Assembly (NCBI RefSeq): GCF_000026545.1
Contig: NC_011601.1
Strand: one strand, 5' to 3'
From: Escherichia coli O127:H6 str. E2348/69
GTDB taxonomy: Bacteria; Pseudomonadota; Gammaproteobacteria; Enterobacterales; Enterobacteriaceae
DNA: 64,000 bases
Shown here: positions 63,880-64,000 of the stretch, piece by piece
Position numbering within the stretch: position 1 is the stretch's first letter
How the letters are laid out: each line of letters opens with the position of its first letter
Made by a program: the position numbers and the translations under genes
Notes under the pieces: generated by a model
Told to the model about the DNA's origin: nothing
The model's database searches: none
What the model saw: the letters and a program-made list of their open reading frames with translations, nothing else

Positions 63880-64000
63880 CAGTTTACCCCGTCGGTACTG
63901 CTTCCACCGCGCTGAACACCGCCATGAGTGTGCGTATCATCGATTGGCTTGCCGTTAGCCTTAACGCTACCCAAAAACTCAACAACACCAGTGATTTTTG
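63879..64000 (-). CDS. C-terminal end of a baseplate central spike-like protein (partial, runs off the window)
   Basis: Reverse-complement translation ...KITGVVEFLGSVKANGKPIDDTHTHGGVQRGGSSTDGVN*; its TGA overlaps the gp46-like ATG (ATGA junction). Confidence 0.5.
   Translation of the reverse strand, partial: KITGVVEFLGSVKANGKPIDDTHTHGGVQRGGSSTDGVN

Overview
This window reads as an Escherichia coli-type chromosomal segment, almost entirely conserved housekeeping genes in the gene order I recall for E. coli K-12: lrhA' / alaA-yfbR / yfbSTUV / ackA-pta / yfcC-yfcH / rpnB / hisPMQJ-argT / ubiX-purF-cvpA-dedD-folC-accD / dedA-truA-usg-pdxB / flk / yfcJ / fabB / mnmC / yfcL-epmC-yfcA-mepA-aroC-prmB / smrB / yfc fimbrial operon / sixA / fadJI / yfcZ / fadL / mlaA / yfdC / tRNA-Arg. 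All identifications rest on my own reading of the supplied ORF translations and DNA against remembered protein families; no database search was run. Only two stretches look accessory: a chaperone-usher fimbrial operon (42.8-49.3 kb) with an uninterrupted usher and a long AT-rich leader, and a prophage remnant inserted next to the tRNA-Arg gene (58.4-64.0 kb, running off the window). The prophage has a P4-family integrase lying about 230 bp from a Mu-like baseplate and tail-fibre module that ends in a truncated DNA-invertase remnant. I did not find a convincing candidate for a new defence or toxin system inside this window: every ORF of real size is either a recognisable housekeeping gene, a phage structural gene, or an antisense artefact. 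The items most worth a second look are the decayed tail-fibre inversion switch, the integrase/tail junction, and a tandem repeat array upstream of fadI.
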